DNA of 64,000 bases from a virus. The notes under the pieces are model-generated. The model saw only the letters and a list, made by a program, of their open reading frames with translations. It did not search any database and was not told where the DNA came from. Location: IMG/VR virus record IMGVR_UViG_3300042507_005574; one strand, written 5' to 3'. A program made the translations under genes and the position numbers. Shown here in pieces: positions 49,796 through 59,972 of the stretch. Positions within the stretch are counted from its first letter, which is position 1; the number at the start of each line of letters is the position of its first letter.

Positions 49796-52700
49796 TGGCT
49801 TTTCATGGATCTCAAGGGTTTTTTAGATTTAAAGGTGCTACATCCATACCGCAAAAAGAGGTTGGAATATCGGGGGATTCAAGATACACAAGAGAATTTT
49901 TAGATCGTGAACCCATCACCATACATGCGCCATTTAATTTAACGAGTACATTCAAAAGAGGAGATACCCCTTTTGGATTTTCTTTGCCATTCTCATATAT
50001 TCAAGATGAGTGGGATACAGTACCTGGAATTCCTAATGATTTCTACAACCTAAAGTTTTCTCCAGATTTGGTGTGGAACACATATGCATCCTTACAGGAA
50101 AATGGTGATCATGTTTTTATGGAGGAAAAAGATGGTTACATTTATATTTTGAGAAATGTAGTTCTTGCTGGTCTTACTCAAGAAAATGCTGGAATACCTG
50201 TCGTATATGATGATGAAATTGGATCTTTTTTGTCGGTTCCATATCTTTGGGGATCCGTCATAGAGGGAATTCACAGTGGAGCAAGAAGATTTATTGTTGG
50301 CCCCACGAAGAAATTTGTATCTAATCCCTTTTATGGAGAATATGACTCAACATCATTAGATATTTTGGGAGATTATGGTGATATTGCTTGTGCTGGCACT
50401 GGAGATTTTGCAGCAGGGCAAATGCTTTTGGTTATGCCTGAATATGGAACGACTGGAGTATATGATGAATCTAGACACAACATATTCAATTACTCAGCAG
50501 ATGTTCGGGTTGTATCAGGAAATTCCACTCCACTGAATTCCAATTTCCTACCACAAACTCCTTTCTCAACCGAGAATATTGATTACTCTGGATTTAGACT
50601 TAGAGACAGAAAAAAACTTCCAGTTCCATATTTTGCAGCAGATGAAGAATCGCTAATCTCAATGGTGAATGGTACTACTGTTGAACCAGATAGAACAGTT
50701 TACGGAACAAGTGGTAATCCCCAAACCCCACCATTCATTTCATTTGTCAGTTGGAAATACACAGGTTTTAATGCAAATCCCACAAGAAGACATGCATTTG
50801 CAATCACAAAAAGACACTTGCTGTCTTTATCTACGCCATTTCATAACTATGCATACTCACCCGATAATCCATATGCAAAAGATCCATTTGGATTTGCTAA
50901 TGCAGTTACAGGTTTTGTACCATTTACTGACCACCAACCTGGCGACAAAGTATATTTCTATGACAAAAACGAAAATCGTGTCATAGAAAGAACTGTGGTC
51001 GCAACACTCCCTTTCGATGTTAAAACTGTACACGAAACCTTAAATAAGATAGTAAGCGGTGCATACCCGAGACTTGAATCAACTTGGACAAATGTATATA
51101 TTGAAAACTGTGTAATTTATACGGATCCAGCAGGAGTAACTTATAATACCCCCTGCTACGAATACACACAACTGGAAGAGGGATACAATACGGAAATTGC
51201 TTTTGGGAATTATGATTATGTAGTAAACTATGAAGGGTCTCCTATCGGAGGGACAGGAGATATATCTGAGTTCGACTCAGGAAGCGAATTCGAAGATAAA
51301 TGGCTAAAAACATATCCAGAAATAACAGGCACAGAAAGCAGTCTTGAATATGCGGAGATGTTTAGTAGGATTAGAGATAAGTTTGTGCAAAATGCTTTGT
51401 ACAAAGATAATTTTAGCGGATTCGATGAAAAGTCATTTGGACCTACATCTTTCTTCGAAGTTGTACCTTTCAACTATAACTTAGGAATTGAAACTGGTGG
51501 TGTAACATCCACCACTGGAGTAGGGTGGTTTGATTCTCTAATGCCTCAAAACTATCCGATTAGAAATATGGTTGGAGGTTTACCGATAAACCTCTACACT
51601 CTCAATAATCCATCTGAAACTAACCCACTTGCACTGCAAAAAAGTTTAGGTAATAAGTTTCAAGAATCTGTTGCATTCGAAGACTCAATCACTGATGTGA
51701 ATCCGACAAGAGAAAATATAAGATCCTCGCAAGCAAATCAAAATATTGGTGTTGTTGGATATTCGGCTGAACAATCACTTGAAGAATCCGATCCTGAACC
51801 AGAAAATCCAACAGGATCCATACCTCGGATGGAAGTCGATTCCACTCTGCCAAATTCAACAATAGATGAACAATTTTACTATTTACCAACAGCAGCAAGA
51901 AATGCGATCAGAGAATATTTTCCGCATGGTTTAAACAATATATTCTACGGAAGTTTCAATGCTAATGATAAATTTAGGAGACTTTTGACATGGGAATATC
52001 TAACTAGTCATTTTAAGGGACTAATAGATGGAAAGTGCAGCATTCATTTATTGGATCAAGATCTTCCTGATGGTGTAAGACCAATATCTCTGTTAGATGT
52101 AAGAAGATCTGAATTACATAAACATGAGATGTTTGTTGATGACCAAATGAGGGGATTTATTGCAAAAAATTGCCCACCACAAACTACATTCTTTCCACTT
52201 CAATATTTTGGTAATGTTGCGATTGCCGGATGTCGAAGAGAATATGGAACTATAAATTTCGCAAGAACATATGCAAATCCTTATGGTGAATCCATGCTCA
52301 ATATGCTGTTATTTAGAGTGGGAAGATGCGGGGATAATATATCTAATGTTCTAGACGATTGTGGAGAAACCGGAAACTCATCGTCGGGACCAGAATGTAA
52401 ATGGGGAGTTTTCCAACTTAGTGTTGGATCTAATTTCCCAATACTTAGCAACGACGGAAATGATCGTGGGCTGATGTTCCCTGATGTAACTACTCAGACT
52501 AATTGTTATGATTGTTGGTATAACGGAAATGATACGATTGAGCGGTCTTTGCCGATAAATGCAAAAAACGAAGACAAATTAAATGATCTGACTATTACAA
52601 AATCCTCTTGGGGCGGTCAAGATTTACCAGGCCCACTTTTCACATATGGTAAAAGTGGATCTCCAATACTTTCTAGAATAGTAACACAAAGTTTATATGG

Positions 52701-53625
52701 GTCTTCAGATTTTGATTATCGGTATCTTTATGATTATGTTGTAACGGGACACAAAGGAGATGATATACAGGTTGGGGATGCTATATTCCAAAACTTTGCG
52801 GGAGGAACTGGAATATGCTCGTATCCCTTTGACAGTACATTTGGTTTTGTTTTTGCATACTCTAAAGATACAGGAAGACTTTTACTTTCCAGTAGAACAT
52901 CTCACCCCGTTCTTTCATCTGATATTTTAATCAGATGTGATGAAACTTTGAGACCAGTGGGTGCAACATACGGAACTACATCTGGATATGTTCAAGGCAC
53001 TTTGGGATTCCAATCTTGTGAAGAAATATCTCCATCAACTAGTGCTGGTGGATGGAAATTCAATCATTACTTAGGTAGACCAGGATATGGGTATACAAAG
53101 AAATCATCAGGGCTACCATATCCAAATGACACCGAAGTTGCGTCTTGGATGAGTATTGAAAGAGGCGGACCAAGAGTGCTTGGAAACTTTTGGTGGTATG
53201 GTCTTTGGTATGAAGGATTCCCACAATCAAGAATACAGAATAGTAAAAAAGATGATTGTACATTTGCAGAAATAGAAGACCCTGTAGCATCAAGCAACGA
53301 ATTGTATCTTGGAACTCATAATATGGGGATGTTCTTATCTGATCAACCAATCTACTATAGATCAGCAGATCCCGATGATCCGAATAAATACTATTACTTC
53401 GGTAAAGTGGAAGATATTTTTTACAGAATGTTGAATGATTTTAATGATGAAAACGGTGTGACGGGGGACTATAGATGCACAAAGGAAATCATCAAATTTG
53501 ATGGTGAATCCGATGCATACAATTATCCAAATTCCATAAGAGTTCCAGTATTGAAGTCTCAACACCCATCGCTAACAAGAATTTATGCTGGTGTTAACAT
53601 AAAAGAGACAGAGTTCTTAAAGTGA
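49795..53625 (+). CDS. 1276-aa putative virion protein with dispersed trypsin-like serine-protease motifs
   Basis: AFAITKRHLL, IHLLDQDLP and GKSGSP in the expected order; RBS GGAG. Confidence 0.5.
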   Translation: MAFHGSQGFFRFKGATSIPQKEVGISGDSRYTREFLDREPITIHAPFNLTSTFKRGDTPFGFSLPFSYIQDEWDTVPGIPNDFYNLKFSPDLVWNTYASLQENGDHVFMEEKDGYIYILRNVVLAGLTQENAGIPVVYDDEIGSFLSVPYLWGSVIEGIHSGARRFIVGPTKKFVSNPFYGEYDSTSLDILGDYGDIACAGTGDFAAGQMLLVMPEYGTTGVYDESRHNIFNYSADVRVVSGNSTPLNSNFLPQTPFSTENIDYSGFRLRDRKKLPVPYFAADEESLISMVNGTTVEPDRTVYGTSGNPQTPPFISFVSWKYTGFNANPTRRHAFAITKRHLLSLSTPFHNYAYSPDNPYAKDPFGFANAVTGFVPFTDHQPGDKVYFYDKNENRVIERTVVATLPFDVKTVHETLNKIVSGAYPRLESTWTNVYIENCVIYTDPAGVTYNTPCYEYTQLEEGYNTEIAFGNYDYVVNYEGSPIGGTGDISEFDSGSEFEDKWLKTYPEITGTESSLEYAEMFSRIRDKFVQNALYKDNFSGFDEKSFGPTSFFEVVPFNYNLGIETGGVTSTTGVGWFDSLMPQNYPIRNMVGGLPINLYTLNNPSETNPLALQKSLGNKFQESVAFEDSITDVNPTRENIRSSQANQNIGVVGYSAEQSLEESDPEPENPTGSIPRMEVDSTLPNSTIDEQFYYLPTAARNAIREYFPHGLNNIFYGSFNANDKFRRLLTWEYLTSHFKGLIDGKCSIHLLDQDLPDGVRPISLLDVRRSELHKHEMFVDDQMRGFIAKNCPPQTTFFPLQYFGNVAIAGCRREYGTINFARTYANPYGESMLNMLLFRVGRCGDNISNVLDDCGETGNSSSGPECKWGVFQLSVGSNFPILSNDGNDRGLMFPDVTTQTNCYDCWYNGNDTIERSLPINAKNEDKLNDLTITKSSWGGQDLPGPLFTYGKSGSPILSRIVTQSLYGSSDFDYRYLYDYVVTGHKGDDIQVGDAIFQNFAGGTGICSYPFDSTFGFVFAYSKDTGRLLLSSRTSHPVLSSDILIRCDETLRPVGATYGTTSGYVQGTLGFQSCEEISPSTSAGGWKFNHYLGRPGYGYTKKSSGLPYPNDTEVASWMSIERGGPRVLGNFWWYGLWYEGFPQSRIQNSKKDDCTFAEIEDPVASSNELYLGTHNMGMFLSDQPIYYRSADPDDPNKYYYFGKVEDIFYRMLNDFNDENGVTGDYRCTKEIIKFDGESDAYNYPNSIRVPVLKSQHPSLTRIYAGVNIKETEFLK

Positions 53626-53654
53626 TCCTAAATAAAGCCACAGGAGATTATGCT

Positions 53655-53963
53655 ATGGACAATGTTAAATTAATTAGAATGGTTTCGGGTGAAGAAGTGA
53701 TTGCTAAGGTGCTTGATGAAACTCAAGATGGTGGACTTGTTCTCAAGAACCCATGCATTCTGCTTCCTGCTGGTCAGGGTAGACTTGCCCTAGTTCCTTG
53801 GATGCCTTATGCGGAAACAGAAAACATGGAAGTTCCGTCTAAGGTGGTTGCTTTCCAAGTCACTCCCAAGATTGATTTGGTCAACGAATACAACACGATG
53901 AACAGCGGTCTCATCGTTCCTGACAAGAGTGTTGCATCACCGAAACTGACTTTGGTCGAGTAA
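53655..53963 (+). CDS. Conserved T4-like Sm-like-fold protein
   Basis: MDNVKLIRMVSGEEVIA...PWMPY...YN...SGLIVP. RBS AGGAG and late promoter CTAAATA (53628) support start 53655. Confidence 0.7.
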   Translation: MDNVKLIRMVSGEEVIAKVLDETQDGGLVLKNPCILLPAGQGRLALVPWMPYAETENMEVPSKVVAFQVTPKIDLVNEYNTMNSGLIVPDKSVASPKLTLVE

Positions 53964-53977
53964 TCTGGCCGTCTAAT

Positions 53978-54037
53978 AAGGACAGATTTCGCAGAATCTG
54001 TCCTTCTGAGAAGGACACCTTTTGGGTGTCCTTTTCT
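53978..54037. terminator. Tandem hairpins / bidirectional terminator between convergent operons
   Basis: AAGGACAGATT-6nt-AATCTGTCCTT (53978-54005) and AAGGACACC-5nt-GGTGTCCTT (54011-54033) followed by Ts. Confidence 0.75.
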
Positions 54038-54039
54038 AT

Positions 54040-55746
54040 TTACGACATCTTACTGTAATTGCCCTTCTTGGATAGTTGAACATGTCGCTCAAACTTATCT
54101 TGAAGAACTTCCTTGGATTTGTGGCTGATGACAAAAACATTTACATTGTGACCACGCATGCCATTCATGATCTCCAAGAACGCTTCTGTTGATGTATCGT
54201 CTAGCGATCCATCTAAAACCTCATCTAGAATCAGTAAGTTAGTGGAGAGTGAGTTCTTGATCTCTGCCATGGCTCTCCAAGCAAACAGAAGTGCCAGATC
54301 GATCTTCCGCTTCTCACCTTCGCTGAAAGAAGCATATGTGAATACATCACGGTGTCGAGACTTGATGGTTTCGTTGAATTCATCGTCAAGATTAAAGTTG
54401 ACGAAGAAATTCATCATACTCAAATACTTGTTGATCGTTCTATTGATGACTGGAATATAATGCTTGATAATTTTTTTCTTGATTCCACCATCTTTCAGCA
54501 GGATAGACGCAAGGCCCAAGTAATGATTGTCCTCTACAAGTTCTCTCTTTGAATCAAGTACTTCTGATTCTTCACTTTCAAGACGAGACAGTTCTTTTTC
54601 GTCTTGAATCAACTTTGTGGTGTTCCCCCCACGCCCACGAACTTTACCAATATAATCATTAAGAGAATCGATATCAGATGTTTTCTTATGGATTAATGAC
54701 TGAAGTGCAGAAATCTCCAACAGAACATCTGTAATTGTGTTCAGTCTATCATCGACCTCTTTATACTTGATCATCAATTCCGAAAGACCATCATTTAAAT
54801 CTTGAGACTTCTTACCCTTTGATTGTACAGTTGTCTTCTTAAACTCTTCATCGATTGACTGTGAGCATGTCGGACACTTGTTATTACTTTCATAGAATTG
54901 AATCTCTTTCTTGAGAGAAGAGATCTTCTTTTCAATCGTACCTTTCAAAACAATGCATTCCTCACGCTTCTTGGAGATTAAATCTTTATCCGCTACACTT
55001 TCGAACATAGTTTCGATGGTTTTAGTCATCGATTCGATTTCTTTTCGGTGTTTCTCAATCTCTACATTTGTACGATCAATTTCCTGTGTTTCCCACTCTT
55101 TATCTGATAGAGTTCTTTTTCTTTCGTCTTCGATGATCTTTCTTTGGTTCTTGACCCTCTCCTTAGCAATAGCCAACTGTGTGTCGATCTGCACCGACTC
55201 TTCCTTGATCTGGCTGGTTCTTTCCTTGAGAAGGGTATTCATCACGGAGAACACTCCGATGTCTAGAATCGACTCTACGACCGCTCTACGCTCTGCTGCG
55301 GGTAATCGCATGAATGGGATATAATTGGCAGAACCTAGTATAACTACCTGACAAAAAGACTTATAAGACATGTGGAGAATCTGTTCCTCTAGAATCTTTT
55401 GTCCATCCCGTGCTTTTGCTTCTTGATCTAGGAGTTTATCGTCTTTCCAAATCTCAAAGATCTTGGGTGACTGCCCACGAACGATTTTGTATTCGTTCTT
55501 TTCATCCGAGAACTCCAATTCAACAACACAATCTTTTTCATTGACTGAGTTAGTTAACTGTGGTAAGTTGATATTTCTGTATGGCTTATTGAAAAGAGCA
55601 AATGTCAAAGCGTCGAGCAAAGTACTCTTACCTGAACCATTCTCACCGCTGATTAGGGTTGTTGATGCATCTGTTAGAGATAGTTCTGTGAAATTATTTC
55701 CTGTGCTTAGAAAGTTCTTCCACCGAATTTTCTTGAAAGTAATCAT
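54040..55746 (-). CDS. 46: Recombination endonuclease ATPase subunit gp46 (SbcC/Rad50-like)
   Basis: WKNFLSTGN, GENGSGKST, Zn hook CPTC, FSEGEK and LILDEVLD. Confidence 0.95.
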   Translation of the reverse strand: MITFKKIRWKNFLSTGNNFTELSLTDASTTLISGENGSGKSTLLDALTFALFNKPYRNINLPQLTNSVNEKDCVVELEFSDEKNEYKIVRGQSPKIFEIWKDDKLLDQEAKARDGQKILEEQILHMSYKSFCQVVILGSANYIPFMRLPAAERRAVVESILDIGVFSVMNTLLKERTSQIKEESVQIDTQLAIAKERVKNQRKIIEDERKRTLSDKEWETQEIDRTNVEIEKHRKEIESMTKTIETMFESVADKDLISKKREECIVLKGTIEKKISSLKKEIQFYESNNKCPTCSQSIDEEFKKTTVQSKGKKSQDLNDGLSELMIKYKEVDDRLNTITDVLLEISALQSLIHKKTSDIDSLNDYIGKVRGRGGNTTKLIQDEKELSRLESEESEVLDSKRELVEDNHYLGLASILLKDGGIKKKIIKHYIPVINRTINKYLSMMNFFVNFNLDDEFNETIKSRHRDVFTYASFSEGEKRKIDLALLFAWRAMAEIKNSLSTNLLILDEVLDGSLDDTSTEAFLEIMNGMRGHNVNVFVISHKSKEVLQDKFERHVQLSKKGNYSKMS

Positions 55747-56813
55747 ACAGACTGCGCCTCCATGTACAGTTCACGAATGATGTTCTTTAGTCTAGTTGGA
55801 TCTTCGATCCCCTCTGTCCTATCAATCTCTTCGCAAATCAAACTCAATGTGTCTTTGGACAAATCAACTTTCTCTACCGTGTTAACAGTCTTGTTGGATT
55901 GAGTTTGATCCAATATCGAAATTGAATGTGAACCTTCTTCATTCAATTTATCAATCACACGATCCAACATGAATGGGTTTGTCTTCTTCTCAATAACTAG
56001 TCTGACAAATGTGTTTTTGAAATAGTTCCAATCAATTGAACCATCGAAGAAGTCTTTATGTTCTTCATCGTTGTAGGTAAACTGTGTGAAAAGTCGAATT
56101 GGATTCTGAATATATTCAACCTCACCAGTATCAGTATCAATTACATGAAATCCTTTAGGCTCATGCAAGTCACCAAAAGTGATCTGATATTGTGTACCAA
56201 GATAGTGGATGTTGCCTTTACTGTGTCTGCAATGGAAATGTCCGCTGTAAACAGCATCGTATCCCGAAAGAATACCAGGATCCATACCATCATGGTGTTC
56301 AACACCACGAAGCACTTCGTATCCCGACAACTCAAAGTGGCCCATGAGAATCTTTGCATCTTTCTTTGCAATGAAATCTAGGCACTCTTTCTCATTTGCT
56401 GTAGTTATCCAAGGAACCATTCCAATTCGAAGTCCCTTGATTTCGACAACTCTTGGTTCAAAATAGAAATTCCAATTGTGGCAAAGGCCCGAATGGTAAA
56501 ACAACTCTTGAATGGAGTTGACTTCGTTGGTGTTCTTATAGAAAACATCGTGGTTACCTGGAATGATGTCTAGAGTGATTCCCAATTCCAACAAAGGAGT
56601 AATGAACCTCTTGTGAACGACATTTAATGTGTGAAAATTAACATACTTGCGACGATCCATAAGATCACCCAAGTGAATGACATTTCGTATGTCATGCATA
56701 CGCATATATGGGAAGAACACTTTCTCAAAGAACTGCATGAAGTGTTCTAGAAAAATCGGGTTGTCGTTACGAGCACCGAAGTGCGTGTCGTTTATGATTG
56801 CTATCTTACCCAT
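55743..56813 (-). CDS. 47: Recombination endonuclease subunit gp47 (SbcD/Mre11-like)
   Basis: DTHFG, GDLMDRR, GNHD, GHFE and SGHFH motifs. Confidence 0.95.
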   Translation of the reverse strand: MGKIAIINDTHFGARNDNPIFLEHFMQFFEKVFFPYMRMHDIRNVIHLGDLMDRRKYVNFHTLNVVHKRFITPLLELGITLDIIPGNHDVFYKNTNEVNSIQELFYHSGLCHNWNFYFEPRVVEIKGLRIGMVPWITTANEKECLDFIAKKDAKILMGHFELSGYEVLRGVEHHDGMDPGILSGYDAVYSGHFHCRHSKGNIHYLGTQYQITFGDLHEPKGFHVIDTDTGEVEYIQNPIRLFTQFTYNDEEHKDFFDGSIDWNYFKNTFVRLVIEKKTNPFMLDRVIDKLNEEGSHSISILDQTQSNKTVNTVEKVDLSKDTLSLICEEIDRTEGIEDPTRLKNIIRELYMEAQSV

Positions 56814-56814
56814 C

Positions 56815-57402
56815 TCACTCCATTAAATCTTCTAGATTTTGCTTGGTAGATTTACGCTTACGCCTTTTCTTCTTGATCACCTTGTTTTCTGAAGTGCCTT
56901 CGAAATTTCTGACATCGTTATCACTGAGTGAAAAATAATCAGCATAAGGATTTTCACTTTTAGGTTCCGAATCAGATAACTTACTATCTTCCATCATTCT
57001 ATTTCTGAATTTTCCAGTTTTATCAGAATTTTCGAAACACTTCATTTTGACAAAGAGTTGCTTCTTCTCTTTCATTATTCTACGAAGAAATGCGTAGTAA
57101 ATTATTTGAGTAAAAAAGGCAAAAGGGTTCTTTGATTTCTTTTCGTCAAAATTTGTGGTGTACATTATACAATTTTCAATGCCATCGGATATCATCTCCT
57201 CTTTGAAAATGTAATTAGCAAAATTGGGTTTCTTCGCTAAGTTGAGTGCGATATCTAAAAAGCACTGTCCAATATAATTGGACACACCTGGAGGCTTTTC
57301 TCCATTTTTCTTTGCTTTGGTGTGTAATTTTTTATGTTCAATAAGTTCCTCTAGGAACTTTTGATTGTCGATATAGTGATTTTCTTTTTTTCTTTTAGCC
57401 AT
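56815..57402 (-). CDS. 55: Late transcription sigma factor gp55
   Basis: HYIDN, KPNFANY, EMISDGIENC and NPFAFFTQIIYYAFLRRI..EKKQ. Confidence 0.95.
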   Translation of the reverse strand: MAKRKKENHYIDNQKFLEELIEHKKLHTKAKKNGEKPPGVSNYIGQCFLDIALNLAKKPNFANYIFKEEMISDGIENCIMYTTNFDEKKSKNPFAFFTQIIYYAFLRRIMKEKKQLFVKMKCFENSDKTGKFRNRMMEDSKLSDSEPKSENPYADYFSLSDNDVRNFEGTSENKVIKKKRRKRKSTKQNLEDLME

Positions 57403-57532
57403 GTTATTGGGTGTAGTTTAACCTGAATATTCATTTTGTAAAGACTGTAGTTTCATTTTTGTAAAAATCTTTAGGATTATAATGTAAAGAACTGTTTTTG
57501 TGTGCTACATATCCTTGGGTTACAAGGAACCA

Positions 57533-57595
57533 AAGTACTTAAGTACTATATTACCCTATTAAGTAAGATATAAAGTATCAAGTACTTAAGTACTA
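57533..57595. repeat. Two copies of AAGTACTTAAGTACTA (each containing a 14-bp perfect palindrome), 47 bp apart
   Basis: 57533-57548 and 57580-57595, in the AT-rich gap upstream of gp55. Confidence 0.9.
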
Positions 57596-57958
57596 GGCGA
57601 GTTCTTCGCCTTCATCCTCGTCATCAAAAAAATCGTCTTTTGCGTCTTCAAGATCATCATTTGCATTGAATAGATCAAATCTGATTTTTGCTTCATTGTA
57701 GTCCTTTAGGACATCATTGTATGGATTGGATATGCAAACTACCATTTTTTCAGGAACAATGTACATCTCGTCTTTTGAAAATTCCATCCAAGGTTTTAGT
57801 AACATCATTGGTTCTGCTGGTTTGCCCTTTTTGTCCATTGTAGATACAAATGATATAGACATGGGTCTTTCTAGTTGATAAATCTCATTGGTTTTGGCTA
57901 TACCACAGATTAAAGTTTCGTTACTAACAAGTCGAACAATCCTGATTGGATACATCAT
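57593..57958 (-). CDS. Conserved T4-like Sm-like-fold protein
   Basis: IRIVRLVSNETLIC...KPWM, acidic tail; usual position between uvsW and gp55. Confidence 0.65.
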   Translation of the reverse strand: MMYPIRIVRLVSNETLICGIAKTNEIYQLERPMSISFVSTMDKKGKPAEPMMLLKPWMEFSKDEMYIVPEKMVVCISNPYNDVLKDYNEAKIRFDLFNANDDLEDAKDDFFDDEDEGEELA

Positions 57959-59478
57959 GGTTTGTCCTTTCCATAAACAGGCAACTTAACAATTTTGTAC
58001 GGGAATCCTTCTTCGTCGTATAATTTCATTCGTGATAAGAAGTGTTTGAAGGTATAGTTTACTTCATCTTCCCAATGTAAATCGTCTGCTATATCGTATA
58101 ACTTTGCGATATCTTTGTTTTCTGATTTGCGAAGTTGTCTACCGATGCTCTGAAGGATTCGAATCCTACTCTTGGATGGACTAGCGAAGATCAAATTTTT
58201 CAAAGACTTGATATTAATCCCTGTGGAAAATGTCCCATATGAAGCAACAATAATTGCATTGTCTTCTTTTTCTACAATGTGGCGAATTTGCTCACGGTCA
58301 TCCACATCAGTTTCTCCTGCTACGAAAAACACTTTACGGTTTTCTATTTCAATAGGAGCCATCTTACGAATCATCTCATACAGAGGCTTACCGTGTTTCT
58401 CGACATACTGAAACAGAACAAGAGTGTTGCCTCTTACGGATGTTGCGAGTTTAGAGATCATGAAATTGCGTTTTTCACAGTTGACAATCCAATCAATTTC
58501 ATGTTGATAATCTAGACCTCTTAAGGCTTCACGAATCTCTTGTGGATATTTGAACAGTACGCATTCGATTTTCAACGCCGTTAACAGTTCCCTCTCCATT
58601 AGTTCTTTTGTGGATACAACTTTGTTGACAGGTCCAAATAAACCTTCGATGCACAACTTGTGGATCTTCGTTCCGTCGAGTGTTCCCGTAAGAGCAATTC
58701 TGTAGGGACAATCAACCAACTTGTTCATGATAGTTGTTAGCGATTGCGACTTGAATAGATGCGCTTCATCGCCTATAACAACCTCAAAATTGTCAAACCA
58801 AGCACGGGGCATTTTGTAAATAGATTGCCATGTGGAGATGACTATCTGACGATCTGTTAGTTTAGCCACACCACCATGAATTTTGTGACAGTTTTTGTGA
58901 ACTTCCCATCCCGAGTTTTTTGAATAGTCATCGAAGTCTGCATACATCTGTGCAACTAGCGAGATTGTGGGAACAACTATGAGTATCTTTCTCGACGGAT
59001 TAATTACATTTTGATAGTAGCGGCATAGACTATAGATGATTAAACTCTTACCACTAGCAGTTGGAGACAGAAGCACACAACGAGACTTATTGATAGCGTG
59101 ACAAAACGCATCTACTTGGTGGTCATGTGGATCAAGAGGTTGGTCTCCTGCTTTGGGTTTGAGGCTCCTGATGAAATCTTTGGCCTTTTCGCAATTTATT
59201 TTGATTTCGGGACTTGCTAGTAGTGAGTCCACTTCCATTGTGTACCCACGCTGCTGCGAGAAAGAGGCAAGATATTCAATTAGTCCCGCAGGAAGAAGTC
59301 CCGAGTGTGCGTTGAATAGCCTGATTTTACCATCCCAGTACTTGTTCTTAAAGGCAGGAGTGAACTTAGCACCTGGAACATCATAAGTAAAATAGTCTTG
59401 CAACTCATATGCGATTCCATTGTCTGCAAGGACACGGATAAACGCAGAGTTTACATGACGAACACCTATCACATTCAT
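57955..59478 (-). CDS. uvsW: UvsW DNA helicase
   Basis: WDGKIRL, SPTASGKS, GDEAH, TGT, YGTFSTGINI and QSIGR motifs. Late promoter CTAAATA on the minus strand at 59486-59492. Confidence 0.95.
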   Translation of the reverse strand: MNVIGVRHVNSAFIRVLADNGIAYELQDYFTYDVPGAKFTPAFKNKYWDGKIRLFNAHSGLLPAGLIEYLASFSQQRGYTMEVDSLLASPEIKINCEKAKDFIRSLKPKAGDQPLDPHDHQVDAFCHAINKSRCVLLSPTASGKSLIIYSLCRYYQNVINPSRKILIVVPTISLVAQMYADFDDYSKNSGWEVHKNCHKIHGGVAKLTDRQIVISTWQSIYKMPRAWFDNFEVVIGDEAHLFKSQSLTTIMNKLVDCPYRIALTGTLDGTKIHKLCIEGLFGPVNKVVSTKELMERELLTALKIECVLFKYPQEIREALRGLDYQHEIDWIVNCEKRNFMISKLATSVRGNTLVLFQYVEKHGKPLYEMIRKMAPIEIENRKVFFVAGETDVDDREQIRHIVEKEDNAIIVASYGTFSTGINIKSLKNLIFASPSKSRIRILQSIGRQLRKSENKDIAKLYDIADDLHWEDEVNYTFKHFLSRMKLYDEEGFPYKIVKLPVYGKDKP

Positions 59479-59488
59479 TCATTCGTAT

Positions 59489-59926
59489 TTAGGTTACACC
59501 AGACATGAACTTACGCCACTCAATGGCGTTGCGAATGACCCATTGACGATTGTTGATTCCTTTGAGAATAGAATCTAGATAGTCAACTTTTTGTTTTTGC
59601 ATGTCAATTTTCGTTTGTATCTTGATCAAATCAGCATCTGAATCAAGATAGACATCCATGTCTTGCCGAAGAATTCTGTGGTCAAATTGCTCCCAACCCA
59701 AAGCGGTAAGTTCATCCTTTGACATCTTACCCGAATAGTACTCCCATTTCTGTCTTCGAAGGATTTTGTAATCAGCCTCATGCTTTCTTAGTATGAGAGA
59801 TTCGTCGTGGAAAATATTGAGATACTTTCCATGCAGTTGAGGAATTCGAACGGATTCATCTGCAAGTTCAGTTCCGTCCATTTTCAGGTCGGTTTCGGCC
59901 ATTTCACGGATTCTTTCAATATTCAT
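59489..59926 (-). CDS. uvsY: UvsY recombination mediator
   Basis: IPQLHGKY, WEYYSGK, YLDSD and IRNAIEWRKF. Confidence 0.9.
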   Translation of the reverse strand: MNIERIREMAETDLKMDGTELADESVRIPQLHGKYLNIFHDESLILRKHEADYKILRRQKWEYYSGKMSKDELTALGWEQFDHRILRQDMDVYLDSDADLIKIQTKIDMQKQKVDYLDSILKGINNRQWVIRNAIEWRKFMSGVT

Positions 59927-59933
59927 TGCGTAA

Positions 59934-59961
59934 ATTGTATCCTCAAATCCTGAAATGTCAA
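59934..59961 (-). promoter_or_regulatory. Sigma70-like promoter of uvsY
   Basis: Minus-strand TTGACA-16nt-TACAAT. Confidence 0.6.
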
Positions 59962-59972
59962 TACATAATAAT

